DNA of 64,000 nucleotides from Phoronis australis (GCA_002633005.1 NMRA01000778.1:62001-126000), one strand, 5' to 3'; positions 45,493 through 58,521 are shown, counted from the stretch's first letter. The notes: generated by a model not told the origin, from the letters alone. Translations and numbers: made by a program.

Positions 45493-47233
45493 CAAGTTGG
45501 ATTTAAAGAGTTAAACTGACTATCTCAGGAACTTTTGTTCAGTCTTAAGTAATCAGTCACAGTTGTCTGTGATGTGTTTATTAATTGGAAGGGGGAATTA
45601 ATATCATAACTCTTAATGACAACACAAAATTATGGTATGTGTTTAGGGGTCAAGGTGATGAAAATGCTGAACTTAGAAGAATTATCTCAGGAACAATCAC
45701 ATGATCTTCCGCTGTCGTGCTGCTGACAAGTAGAACAATCTTGAAAGATGGTGTGTTGGCCATGGAATATTGGAAAGGTCTACTCCAGACTTCAAATGGA
45801 ATGTTGACATATTTGTTGAATTTTAAATTGTATAACAATCTTTGAACATAACTAATTAAAGTTAAATTCTGTGCTAGTCTCTAACTGCCCATACACTCTT
45901 TCCTAGTGCTTGGTGAAAAATGATAAATCTGGGTTTTCCTTTGTGAAAAGAACGAAGAAACTGCAGCAGCACAATCTGATTCCTTGTCTATTTCGTAGCT
46001 GCTTAACAACATGCAAAGTCGATGCATTCCATGCAAATTTGTGTTCTGTGATGTCGTCAAGGCAACACGGCACCAATCAAATTGTAACAATTTATTCCTG
46101 CTCATTATGACAATCGTCCAAATTAGGGAACTTGCATGTCAAAGCTTCATCATTGAGAGATAGAGCTTTGAAAGACTGCAATGTGACGATTCCTCAGGAT
46201 GAGTGACCGAAACCAATGCCCTAGAGGTAGGCCCGTTGTGAATGACACTTAGGCTTACTGTGGACATCAGTTTCCGGAATCTCGGATTCAGTATGTTATC
46301 GTCTTTTGATATTTTCATGTTTGTTCATGCCAAAGGCCTGTGAAAAAACATTACAACCACATTCTCACATTGGCCAAAAGCAGACGAGAAGCCTCCTTAA
46401 GTTGTCACTGGATTCTTCATTGTTGTTGCCAGTTTTGGAGTAAAAGCTTGTTTTGCTTTGACCTTGCACATTCTTTTGCTTCAAAAAAGGCTCGTCATGT
46501 TTTGTTACAACAATTGCGACTTGTGGCCTAAGAAACGGATCACATTGGGGCAATTTCACAATTAGTAGAGTTCAGTGGCACTCTTCATTAATAGAAATTT
46601 GATTGAAAGATGGCTGTACTTCCTGTTTGACAGCTTGAAGTTTAGAATTTTGGAACCTCTAGTGATCAGTTACCATAAACCTGTGCTGAATGAGGAGCTC
46701 ACAGGTGTGTTCCACACGATGGCAGTGTTTATTTAGGCTTGTGGGCTTTCTTCTGTGTGTTACCTTCACAATCCCTGCTTGTATGCCCTTCTGCCTGTTG
46801 TTACTGTTTATTTCACTGTCTATTTTGCATCCATCATTTTTATTTTGCCAAGTGCCTGAGAATGTGGTGTGCTCTTGAACCATTTTAACTTGTTTGTTTG
46901 TAATGGCTTTTGGCAATTTGCTTTACAACTACACAACAGAAATAGTACAGAGAGATGAGCCGGTGTAGGTCAGGCTGTTCGAAGGATACAGAAAGTAGAG
47001 TCGTGTTTTCAATCAAACTGTTGCATAAACCTTAATTTGTCTGATTAATTGTCGAAGCGTTATTTAATTTTGACATTTTCTGCATATGACAACATTTGTG
47101 GTAGGAAGGTGCACAGACTATCAAACATTACGCTATATTTAGCTATGTATTTAGTATTCGCCTGAGTTTTTGGCACACAAGACATAACGTTAAAGTGTTC
47201 TGACTCATTTTACTTGCAATTTAAGTTTCCTAG

Positions 47234-47890
47234 ATATTTGAATAAGGAAAGTTGTGTGCCAGCATTAGAACAGGAATCAACTGTTCATTTGGACAATGGA
47301 GACAGCCATGTACTGATAGTGTAAATTGCCACAGTGGTCACAGTTGCATCAAACAGGAGGTGGCTGATGATCCAGTGAATAGTGATGGAACTGGGTATGC
47401 TGTGGGTGACAATATATTTGTATAACTTGTTTCCAACTGGAGTGTGATGAAGACACTGTAAGATACAACAATACTGGTGTTCAGTGACGCCTGAGGGAAG
47501 GTGTTGGCAAGGTCTGTTCCCTGAACTGCATCTCAAGGCTCTCGTGGATGATAAACCATAAAAGTGCTTGGTGTGTGATTGAAATCAATCGAACTTGAGA
47601 AGCACATGCGAAGTCATACTTGCAAGAGGCCATACAAGTGTGCTGTATGTGGAAAGGCATTTTCAGGGAAAAATACTGGAGTCGCCCTCTGGCGAGAGAC
47701 CACATAAGTGTACTATTTGTGAAAAGGCATTTTCAAAGAATTGCTCACTTGTTAGGCACACACAAACACATACTGGTGAGAGGCAATACACATGTATTGA
47801 ATGTGGAAAGGGTTTTTTTTCAGAGAAATTTACCCTTGTTTCGCTCAGGAGAACACACACTGGTGAAAGGTCACACAAGTGTACGCCAAT
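47234..47890 (+). pseudogene. Decayed paralogue of the downstream C2H2 zinc-finger gene
   Basis: Aligns by eye with 54256 onward (ctgggtatgctgtgggtg.caatatatttgta, aactggagtgtgatgaagac). ATG replaced by TTG, frameshifts, TAA at 47423, a few residual fingers (CTICEKAF...HTQTHTGE). Confidence 0.85.
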
Positions 47891-47989
47891 AGTCTAATAT
47901 AACTGCCCATATTTTGAGAACCAGTTTCGTTCCTCTTATGCAGTGGAGAAAACTGGTTCTCAAAATTCGGCATGTTATATCAGACCATT
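47889..47989. mobile_element. Small hairpin MITE at the 3' break of the zinc-finger pseudogene
   Basis: aatagtctaatataac...attttgagaaccagttt / aaactggttctcaaaat...gttatatcagaccatt. Confidence 0.7.
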
Positions 47990-48169
47990 ACCCTAAGGTC
48001 AAGATCCGTTTAATTATGATCCAGTTTCGGGAAAAGTTAATTTATTATGCATTATTTGAAGGAATTTTTTGAAAATGTGAGTTCCCAGGTATTGTGCCTT
48101 TTGGGCTGTTTCAAAATCCCTTGTTGAAACACGGCCGGTAGTCCAGTTTCTGGTGGCTGGGGAAAATGA

Positions 48170-48533
48170 TACAGAGTGTGTCCCAAAAACACACACACTT
48201 CAACGCTGGAGTTTAAATTCAGTTCCCGGGATTACGAAGATTCTGCGCGGGCCTAGTGCATGGTCGCACCTTATTTTTAACGTGGGTGCACGGGAAATGC
48301 AAGCAAACAATTCAATTTTGAAGAACAAAACTTCATTGCGCAATACTACTGGAAACTAAAAACATTAAGAAGTGTAAAGACAACCATTCCAAGTTAATGA
48401 GCAATGAGTTTAATTTTATTTATTCAGGACTTTAACTTCTTTTTCGGTTTACGGTTTGTGAATTTTATACCACTAATCTAGTTCCAAAGTTAATAAACAA
48501 TTTATTGTCATTTGAATTTTGGGACACATTGTA
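48170..48533. mobile_element. Tc1/mariner-type MITE
   Basis: TA|cagagtgtgtcccaaaa ... ttttgggacacattg|TA. Confidence 0.6.
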
Positions 48534-50099
48534 AAGCTGTCAGACATTCATCAATATCCTTGAGACTTATTTCAGATGGACAAAAATGGTTTAGTATGGT
48601 TTGCTCTCAGTGTCAGGATGTGATGATGGAATTTTCCCGGCTAATGTCAGCCTGCAACTAAGTTCAGTGAATCGCAATTTCTTACAAGATTAGCTTATAA
48701 TTGTCAAAAAATCACCTATCATTCGATTTTCGTATATGCATAAACATGAAAATCGGCAGAAATCAACAATCGATTCCATGAGCAATGATGCGTTTACCTT
48801 AATTTAATGACTTGAATCCTCTCTGTAAGTTAAACGACAAATCTCGTACCTAAGTCAAAAACAAAGCATCGTTTGAATTGTGATGAAATTTTTGGGAACT
48901 GTCCGAATTTTGGCGTAGGCCTAATTGTCTTTGAGTTATTTTTAGATAGGCAAAAATCGTCTAAGTGTACTTTACTCAGTATTTAGGATCGGATTATAGA
49001 GTTTTTCCAACTTTTAAGTTGCAAATAATTTCACTGAAACATCATCTTATAATATCAGCTTCTAATTGTCAAATCTAATCCATGAATATGTCGATTTTCG
49101 TAGATACACAAACACCTAAATCAGAAATCAACGGATTTGTTTATGAAAACCGAGTGTTATTGGCACCTTCCGCAGGCATGCTCGCAGCCCAGCCATTTGA
49201 CGGGTAACCGGGGAACACTCCGGAGTCCATGGGAGACGAGCATTCGTATTTAGGTGTATTGTTGCTCATTTCAGAGGTGCCTATAACGGTTCACGAGTTA
49301 AAGTTGAACGCCTGAGAAAACGCTGAAATCTTTGTTTATAATTGCAAGTACTGTAATTTCCGGTACCCACATTCCATTTAAATGGTCATCACACTCGGAA
49401 CCCTAACAACTCCTAGTAACATCTTCAAAAGAAATACTATTCTTGTGATAATGTGGAATAAAACTGAGTAACATTATTTTACTTAACTATAGGAAATAAT
49501 CCTTTAGTGTAACTCACAAATCGTGGTCTTCACGTTCTTCAAAGTTCTTCCTTTTTTGCGGGCGATGGCGATCAGTCCCATTGTTTTTTCACATTTTTGA
49601 ATGTTTGAGTCGAATGCCTTGATACTGCTGTGGTGTGCACGAATGTTTTGCGTTTTTGATTAATTTAGAATCTCAACTTCCTCTCGTGGTGAGTACTTGG
49701 CAGTGACGGATTTTATAGAGGCCACTGATGGTGGAACCCGCGCCCCACCGAGAGGGTCCCGTCTGTAATTGGACACCTTAAGATGAAAGGCGTAGAACCA
49801 TTAAGCTTAGAAAAGGATGCCAGTTTATTCCATTGTACAGTGTAACCCTGCAACAAAGTGACCTTCCTCGACATGGCCCGCCGGTTGTACGATTTCACAA
49901 AAACAGGAAAATAGCATTAGTCCCTCTCTCCATGAGCGTCCCAGGCTTAAGAACTTGTCAATAAAAACACGAAAGGGGTGGCCACTTGAATTTAGTCAAT
50001 GGCTCAATTCGAGAGCTGGGCCCCTAAATATGTAAAGATGTTTTCAAAAATTAGCCGGGAATGCCGACTAAATTATCTCAAATGCATGTCTCCGTTATC

Positions 50100-50740
50100 C
50101 GCTCTGGAAAACACGTGCATTTAGACGACCTATGCTGCAAAAACGGAGACCCGGCCTGACAACGATATCATGTGGCCAGGGCCCTCTGTCTCAAAGCCGG
50201 GGTAAACCACCGGCCGCCGGGATACTGAATGTTTCTCAAATTTCCTCAGGGGGTCTAATTGTATTCGCAGTCTTTCTTTTATCGACTGTCCCCGGCCCCA
50301 CGCCTATGTCGGTTGCCACGGTTTAACCCTGACGCCTGAAAAAGTTTGGGGAGCAAATGCTCCCGCTCCCCCGCCCCGCTTCCTACGACCCTTTTGGATA
50401 CTGAAGTGCCCCTCCGATATTTCATGGAATTCCCAGAGGCGGCGCTACTTTCCGGTTGAAATGAGCAGACGACAAAGCCGTGCCTCACAGGCGCCGCTAG
50501 TGACTGGTGACGTCGCCAGCTCGCTGGTTCCCTGAATGCCGCTAGATGGGGCGGTAGCCGCGCCGCACGCAGGGAACCAGCGAGACGTCGCCAGCAGTTA
50601 GTATTAGGCTTTGGCTTCCCAATGCCAATGGTGGTAGGATTGCTCCTGACTTCAGCACACGAATACATCTTATCTGCATAGAGTTAGAGTTCTATAATAG
50701 TACTGGGACCTTCTGACAGCATTGAAGTCCTGTCCAAGGT
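50100..50740 (+). promoter_or_regulatory. CpG-rich probable promoter and non-coding first exon of the zinc-finger gene
   Basis: Locally GC/CpG-rich; ETS-like ACTTCCGGT at 50447, CRE-like TGACGTC at about 50508, donor AAG|gtgaga at 50738/9. Confidence 0.5.
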
Positions 50741-51498
50741 GAGAACCTGTAGTTGAAGTTCCTGTTTACTGACCCTCTTGTCTTAGTTGTCTGCTTGGCT
50801 GAATGAATCAAAAATTCTACAAAGTTCTCAAAGACAAGAGTTTGGAACTTAAAATTCTCTGTGTATCAACTGTGCGTGTCTGTCAGGCAGCCTCGTCCCC
50901 GGCCAAGCCTCAAGACAAGTTCGGTTTTAGCCAGTTGGGGGCTTAATAGTGCCATAGGCCTACTAGGCTACTATAGTATAGTACAGTACTGTAGTAGGCA
51001 ACTAGTAGTAGGGGACATAAGCCGCTGCCTTGACGTCATTAAAACAAAGACAGATTTTTCACAAGCGTTGTTGCTGCCAGTCGTGAAACAGAGGGCATTG
51101 TTACTTGGCGAAATTTATTTGTGTTGCTCTTCCACTAAGTTTGTTTTTTTTTTGTTTGTTCGCACGACACAGGTCGCAATTTTCGTCCGATCATCACGAA
51201 ATTTACACGTAACACGTACTTCCAGAGACTAAAATGGGGATTTTTTTAATGTAGTATTACTTAATCATTGCATAGCTTTGTAATCAGTCATGTTGGGATG
51301 AAGTGCTTTTTTCAGAATCATCAGTTCTCGTAGATGCAGCGCTACAATTGATTGCTTTGTCTATTCAGTTCGGCCCATTTTAATCATCTGCTCATGACTA
51401 TGCCTGTCAGGATCTAGGTGTGTCAAGCTATCACAAATTATCTGCTATGAGCACTACAGCCAGATTTTCACACTGTTGCTGTAGCACATCCACTTCTT

Positions 51499-51607
51499 GT
51501 ACTAACAGGATTCTCACTACTATTGTTTACATGTAAACATGTTTCCTGAAGTACTAACAGGATTCTCACTACTACTGTTTACATGTAAACATGTTTCCTG
51601 AAGTACT
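51499..51607 (+). repeat. 52-bp tandem duplication
   Basis: gtactaacaggattctcactacta.tgtttacatgtaaacatgtttcctgaa x2. Confidence 0.9.
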
Positions 51608-51988
51608 TGCACCATCTACACACAATACACACACAGAAATGCAAGTAAAGCTGCTTACAATCTTTCTTGAAACTAAGTTTCACCTGCCACCTCTCTGCCT
51701 GAAAAGGACCGATGTTTTAAAAAAGTGGCCCTACTGCAAATTTGCACCCTGATGTCTGTGGTAACGTACTAGACACCTTGGATTAAAATGTTTTCATTCT
51801 CAATTGTACATACGTCTAGTACAAATGCAGTTCTCGTTTGAAAGACATTGATGTAGCGTAATAAATGAAAACTGAGGTCACCAAAACTGAGGTTGGAAGT
51901 CTCCAACCGAAAAAAAAAATGTCACGGCGCTGTCACCATTATTAAAATTATGCATTATCTCTTCCATTCTACTGTACGTATACATGAT

Positions 51989-52405
51989 TTGCTGTGTATT
52001 GCAGTGTGCATTACTAGAACATTAACCTTATGCAACACATTGCTGCGTATTGCAGTGTGCATTACTAGAACATTACCCTTATGCAACACATTGCTGCGTA
52101 TTGCAGTGTGCATTACTAGAACATTACCCTTATGCAACACATTGCTGCGTATTGCAGTGTGCATTACTAGAACATTACCCTTATGCAACACATTGCTGTG
52201 TATTGCAGTGTGCATTACTAGAACATTACCCTTATGCAACACATTGCTGCGTATTGCAGTGTGCATTACTAGAACATTACCCGTATGCAACACATTGCTG
52301 TGTATTGCAGTGTGCATTACTAGAACATTACCCTTATGCAACACATTGCTGTGTATTGCAGTGTGCATTACTAGAACATTACCCTTATGCAACACATTGC
52401 TGCGT
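51989..52405 (+). repeat. 51-bp minisatellite, about 8 highly homogeneous copies
   Basis: ttgctgYgtattgcagtgtgcattactagaacattacccttatgcaacaca repeated. Confidence 0.96.
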
Positions 52406-53492
52406 CATATTATCCACGGCTGCCATTTCTTCTGTCGTCCAGTAGGTGTCACTGATCACTTAACAATGTTTACCCAATTTTAAAATCACTTGACAATGTT
52501 TACCCAATTTCAAAATTTATTCTCATCTAGTTCCAAGTTCTATTATGGTTTGCTCACCTAAACTCAATCTAACTGAATTCGTCTTACCAACGGAAAATGC
52601 AGACCATCGTTAAACACTGGAGGCTATTTTTGCCTAGTCTGAACTCTCCGGATTTTGCTGAACCATTTGAACTTCCATGTATACTTGCTGTTGTAATATG
52701 AGCGCATGTTTGACATGTACTGACTGCTGTGGGTGGCAAATGCACTGATTATAGGAAATAAACCGAACAATCGTGAATCATCAATAGTATTGACTCTGGG
52801 GAAAATGTTATTAATTTGAAGTTTGGAAGTCACCTCATATTTTGAACTTCTGATGAATTCTTTTCTGACTTTGCTTCTGTCTGGGACGACTTCGTGGCAA
52901 CTCTTCATTTTCCCAGGTCACTAAACACAACCTGAAGATGTATTGGTGAGCTGTGGGTCGGTGTTATTTGTTTGGTTGATACAAAACCTTAGTCTGGGCC
53001 ATTTTTAATCCTAGTATATATTCATAGAATGATTGAGTATATTCTGGAGAGTTCTAGAATTTGCTTAAGTTCCAAAACATCTTACCGTAAGAGGCTATAA
53101 ATACCCAGGCACGAGTTAGAGACAGTCAATTCAGTTATAGTGACAAAGTTACAGAATTACAATTCCCAAGTCAACACTTCCATAATTGACAGTTTCAGTG
53201 CTTAGATACACCATGTTATTGAATTCATGAGTGCAACAGTTTTCTGGAAGTGATGCAGGTCATTACATGGCAAGGCTTTGCAGCACTGGCTGGAGCACAG
53301 AACGGATGTTACGTCGGGCATTTTGTTTGAATAAACTTGTGTACGTACGGTTGAGATTAATGAATATATTAATTCAGAAGCTATGAGCACCAGTCTTTTA
53401 CCCTCCCTTCCAGATGTTGCTTCTTCGCCAGCACCTACTTTAGTTTCCACAAAATTGTATTTGTTTAATAATGGACTGAACTAGCAAAAAGT

Positions 53493-53594
53493 CATGTACT
53501 TGGTGCCTGGTTATGTGACTGAACTAGCCTATGTGTACTTGGTGCCTGGTTATGTAACTGAATTAGCCTACATGTACTTGGTGCCTGGTTATGT
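53493..53594 (+). repeat. 39-bp tandem repeat, about 2.6 copies
   Basis: tgtacttggtgcctggttatgt at 53495, 53534 and 53573. Confidence 0.88.
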
Positions 53595-54263
53595 TATAAA
53601 AGTATTTGATGGAGTTTGTTGATTCCTTTAAAAGGACTGTCAAAAGACTTAAATTGCACATTGGTGCAGCCTCACTGATGCCAAAGGGATTAAGCAGAAA
53701 ATCCTAGTTGTCATCCACTCTATTCTGCAGTCGTCAAGCACCCTCTGCCTCTGACCTTGGAAATCCTTCGATTAGAAAGCCCGGATTTGTGTTGTCAATT
53801 GTTCTAATAGAAATGGTAGTGCTGTGGCAGCCATTTGTTGCATTGTGGAGCTGAATCTCTGGCCTCCTTTGACAGATTTGTTTATTCCTCACTACACTTC
53901 TGTTGCTTTGTTCTACACATTCCGCAGGTCACCAGTTTCGTCTGATCAAACCCATGATGTGATGACCATTTTTAGAATAATAACAATTCCTGAGCTCTAT
54001 ATCTTCATGATCGGCAATACCTAATGAAATTTTGGTCTATAAATAGATCTCCTCAGGGGCTATTGTTGGAGGCCGTTCGTTTCTTGTTTGGTTTTGCTAA
54101 CCAAAACTGTAGTACGGTATGTTATCTTGTCATCAATTTTTGTTTGTTTTTATGAGCTCACTACTGGTTGCATTTCTTGTTCGATCAACATCAAATTTGT
54201 ATTTCCTGACCCCAAAGATTTTAATTCCTATTTAAGTCTATACCTCTGCTCCTAGATAATACC

Positions 54264-56045
54264 ATGGATGAAGAAAGTTGTTTGAAGAATGGAGACTTAC
54301 ATGGTGACAGTGGAAATGCTCACAGTGAAGAAGGATGTTATATCAAACTGGAGGTGACTGAAGATGCAGTGAATATTGATGGAGCTGGGTATGCTGTGGG
54401 TGGCAATATATTTGTAACGACTTATTTCAAACTGGAGTGTGATGAAGACTCTGTAAGAGGAAGTAATGCTGGGGCTAGTACAATCAATTCTTCTACAGGT
54501 TGCTTAAGTACACCTACAGAAGAGGAGCCATACTTGTGTCCTGTGTGCGGAGTATCATTCATGGATGAGATTGAACTTGTTATGCACACAAGAACACACA
54601 AGGGTGAGAAATCATACAAATGTACTGTATGCGGCAAGGCGTTTTCACGGAGACATAATCTTGTTTTGCACACAAGAACACACACTGACAAGAGATCATT
54701 CAAGTGTACTATATGTGAGAAGGCATTTTCGCAGAATAGTAAGCTTCTTTGGCATGCTAGAATTCACAGTGGCAACAGACCAATCAAGTTTACTGTTTGT
54801 GGAAGCGCATTTTCAAGGAGCAGTGCACTCGTCTCTAACAAACGAATTCACAATGGTGAAAAATCATACAACTGTACTGTATGCGGAAAGTGTTTCGCTG
54901 AAAACAGTAAACTTGCTGTGCACTCAAGAACACATACTGGTGAGAGACCGTATAAGTGCACTGTGTGCGAAAAAGCCTTTGCAGAGAAAAAGACACTTAT
55001 TTCGCATACTCGAACGCATACTGGCGACAGGCCATACAATTGTATTGTTTGTGGAAAGGCATTTTCACAGAAAAGTGCTCTTGTTTCGCACACAAGAACG
55101 CACACTGGAGAGAGACCATACAAGTGTAGTTTGTGTGGAAAGGCATTTTCAGCGAAAGCTTCACTCAGTTCGCACTCACGCATACACACTGGTGAGAGAC
55201 CGTACAGTTGTATTGTTTGTGGAAAGTCTTTTATTGATAGTAGCAAACTTGCCAGGCACACAAGAATACATTCTGGTGAGAGGCCATACAAATGTGCTCT
55301 ATGTGGAAAGTGTTTTATTGAAGGTTCCAAACTTTCCAGCCACTCAAAAACACATACTGGTGAGAGACCGTTCAAATGCAATGTGTGTGGAAAGTCTTAC
55401 ATTGAAAGTGGCAAACTTGCCAGGCACACAAGAACACACAATGGTGAGAGGCCATACAATTGTGCTGTATGCGGAAAGTGTTTCAGTCAGAAAAGTGAAC
55501 TTACGCTGCACTCAAGAACACACACTGGTGAAAGACCGTATAAGTGCACTTTGTGTGAAAAGGCATTTTCAAGGAGCAGCGCACTGGTCACACACACAAG
55601 AATTCACACTGGTGAGAGGCCCTTCAACTGTACTGAATGCGGAAAGTGTTTCATTACAAATGGTGAACTTACGCTGCACTCAAGAACACATACTGGTGAG
55701 AGACCATACAAGTGCACTGTATGTGATAGAGGTTTTTCCAGGAATAGTGCACTTGTAATTCACACAAGAATTCACACTGGTGAGAGACCATACAAGTGTG
55801 CTGTATGTGGAAAGGGTTTCATTGCAAATGGTGAACTTACATTGCACTCAAGAACACATACTGGTGATAAACCTTACAAGTGTACTGTTTGTGAAAAGGC
55901 ATTTCCAAGAAGCAGTGCACTCGTCACGCACAGACGAATTCACACGGGAGAGAGACCATACAAGTGTGCTGTATGCGGAAAGGGTTTCATTGACAGTCGT
56001 AAACTTACTGTCCACTCAAAAACACATACTGGTGAGATACCGTAA
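54264..56045 (+). CDS. Tandem C2H2 zinc-finger protein, 18 fingers (finger 4 degenerate), acidic N-terminus
   Basis: 593-aa ORF; repeated CxxC-x12-HxxxH with TGERPY linkers; acceptor ctgctcctag ends at 54255; accATGG Kozak context. Confidence 0.96.
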   Translation: MDEESCLKNGDLHGDSGNAHSEEGCYIKLEVTEDAVNIDGAGYAVGGNIFVTTYFKLECDEDSVRGSNAGASTINSSTGCLSTPTEEEPYLCPVCGVSFMDEIELVMHTRTHKGEKSYKCTVCGKAFSRRHNLVLHTRTHTDKRSFKCTICEKAFSQNSKLLWHARIHSGNRPIKFTVCGSAFSRSSALVSNKRIHNGEKSYNCTVCGKCFAENSKLAVHSRTHTGERPYKCTVCEKAFAEKKTLISHTRTHTGDRPYNCIVCGKAFSQKSALVSHTRTHTGERPYKCSLCGKAFSAKASLSSHSRIHTGERPYSCIVCGKSFIDSSKLARHTRIHSGERPYKCALCGKCFIEGSKLSSHSKTHTGERPFKCNVCGKSYIESGKLARHTRTHNGERPYNCAVCGKCFSQKSELTLHSRTHTGERPYKCTLCEKAFSRSSALVTHTRIHTGERPFNCTECGKCFITNGELTLHSRTHTGERPYKCTVCDRGFSRNSALVIHTRIHTGERPYKCAVCGKGFIANGELTLHSRTHTGDKPYKCTVCEKAFPRSSALVTHRRIHTGERPYKCAVCGKGFIDSRKLTVHSKTHTGEIP

Positions 56046-58521
56046 ACGTGTGCTGCTGATGGCAAGTGTTTGGAATTGAAAAAATTGCAATGGCACTTTG
56101 TTTTAATTCACACCTTTTTTCTGATGCCTATTGTAAAGAAAATTTCGTCTAACTGCCTATTAACTCTCTATTTGATTTACTCAGCCAGATTCTAAAACAA
56201 ACAAATATCAACATTGTTTCTTGATCCTTCTTGTAAAGTAAGGCAAAATCGTAGCAATAGTTCGGATTAATATTTGTCACAATTCTAGTTGGGCCATTAG
56301 GACTTACACAGGCTGCGCACTGTATTGAACATTTTAACTCATTACAGCTGTAAGTGTTGCTCATTTGCTCTGGATGTCAATTAAAAACAAAATTTTCACA
56401 GTTGGCAACATGACATTTATTTTGCATGTATTAGTTCAAAGTCTGAATGCATTCCACATAGACCAGTCTCATCTATAGCATGCATCCCATATTGGAATAT
56501 GCAAAGGGCAACCTCTATAGTTCGGTGGTGAAGATGGAAAACATATGAACACGCACTAAGTTGGTGTTTTCACATGAAGGGATTCAAATTTATCAAAAGC
56601 AGTTCATTGTAAGTGGTTATGAAAAAATATAAGTTTGAAAGAAAAAATGCATTACTTATGATACATCTTTGTGCCTTAAGTGGGGCTCTTAAGGTTTTAT
56701 GTTCTTGGTGTTCATAGAAAAACAAGTAATGCAGTTTATTAAATATGACAAGTTGGGCTTTGCGACTTTCACTTTTAATACAACACGAATCCATTCACTG
56801 AAACCTGTAAAGTGAAGCTTCATTGTTGTAAATGCTCCACTTTATGGAGTTCAGTTTTCAATCACTGCTTAGGGAATACGGGACGTCCCACTTAGAAGAG
56901 AGTAACAATCAGTATCCCTAAGAAAATGCAGCCAAATACGAAGAGTGCATTTCCGACAAAATTTCCTACAAAAGCGTTCACTAACGAGTTAGAAACTTTA
57001 CAGAAGGCAATTCCCTTCCATGACTGAATTATGCAAATCTGCAGAACTATTTGTATATGTTTTCTAAAAACACACATTCCTGTTATATTTTGAACTCAGT
57101 GTTTCAGACTTAAAAAGATGAAATTCAGTTGGCCATCCAATGGCATGAAAAATACCATTCAGTTAGTAACCCCACAAAGACGTGATATTCTCAGGAGGAC
57201 AGACGGAAAACAAAATTCTAGCAACACCTGATGACTGTCGTGCAAGCACCTCCTTTCTCAAGTACACTGACCTAATTGGGTGGAAATGATCTTTTTCAGT
57301 TGAGGATAACTGTATTTTTCTAAGGCTTAAAATGTGAACATTTGGAAGGCATCGTGTGTGGCTGACTAGCTTTGTGTTTGGAATCACGTGGTTCATGTGG
57401 AGAGTAAGCCACACTCGAGAGTTTTGTCACCCTTTTGGGTTCTTTTTCTGGTATGACTTTCATTCCGTTGTTTCAGAGACGTATATAGACCATGATGATT
57501 CAGGTTGTGCAGGCCCCTAAGAAAATGTCCTTTGATCAGCTTCGTAGCGTCATCATCTCTCAGAAATGGGATCGGATTCATATGAAACTTTCTCATACTA
57601 TGCTGCGGCACTGTTCTAGAACGTTGTTTGTTATTGGTTTTAAAATGTTCCACTTCTAAGGGTATCGACTCATATGACTTTCATGAAAAAGTTCAAAAGT
57701 TGTATAAAACGAACTGATAATTTAGAAAACTGTAGCAGCGTTTTTGAGATTTCATCCTGAAAAACGAAGTTTGGCCATGCTATCGATGCCGTTCTTTCGC
57801 TGTCTTTTTTGCTATTTTTACGAAAGACATGGTCTCGAGACTGACTATATTAATTAATGCCACAGATTGGTAAGAAGTCAAATATGAAACTCTATCTACA
57901 GGTTTTCTACTTTCAGGAAGTATACGTTTACTGGTTTACAGCCTAGTTTGTATCAATTTAGATCGAGTAGTTCCACTCTATAACAAACCACATTCACTTG
58001 GCCTACATACAACACCCAACTATAGGAAATGCACCCAAGCCAGTGGCCCGCAGCCTAACAGTTCAATGCCACCTTCGGTCATGCTGTGCGTGAACTTGGA
58101 ATCCTGCTTAATCGTAAGATCGCGTATGCGTGAACTTGGAGTTGACTATTCATTTGGGCAATCTGGTGATTTTTTTGTTTTGAAGTGTAAAGAATATTTG
58201 TAATTATTGCCCTCATCATCACCCATTTTCTTCTTTAGTCTAACTTGTCTCTAAGAATCGGAGGAATATGTGAATGGTTACAGTGGCGGATCTAGGATAT
58301 AACAATTAAGGACGGAGGGGGTCCAACATTTTGTCTGTAAACATTGCGCAAAGCACGATTGTAGATGCGCATAACACCGAATGGGGGGCAAATCCCCCTC
58401 CCGCCCAGGAAAATTTTTCTGTTTTTTCCTCTAAAAATCGAGAATTTTCCTTGATTCCTGAAGTATTATCCAAGAAAAAAACACGGAAAACGTGTCAAAG
58501 TTGAAAACTGCAGGTATCATA

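Noticed and set aside
51893-52483. 196-, 146- and 131-aa ORFs
   Set aside because: Open only because the 51-bp unit is a multiple of 3 and lacks stops in those frames; no spacers, so not CRISPR either.
54565-56079. 397-aa and 99-aa alternative-frame ORFs and antisense ORFs over the zinc-finger gene
   Set aside because: Shadow frames of a repetitive finger array; TTG/GTG starts; no independent evidence.
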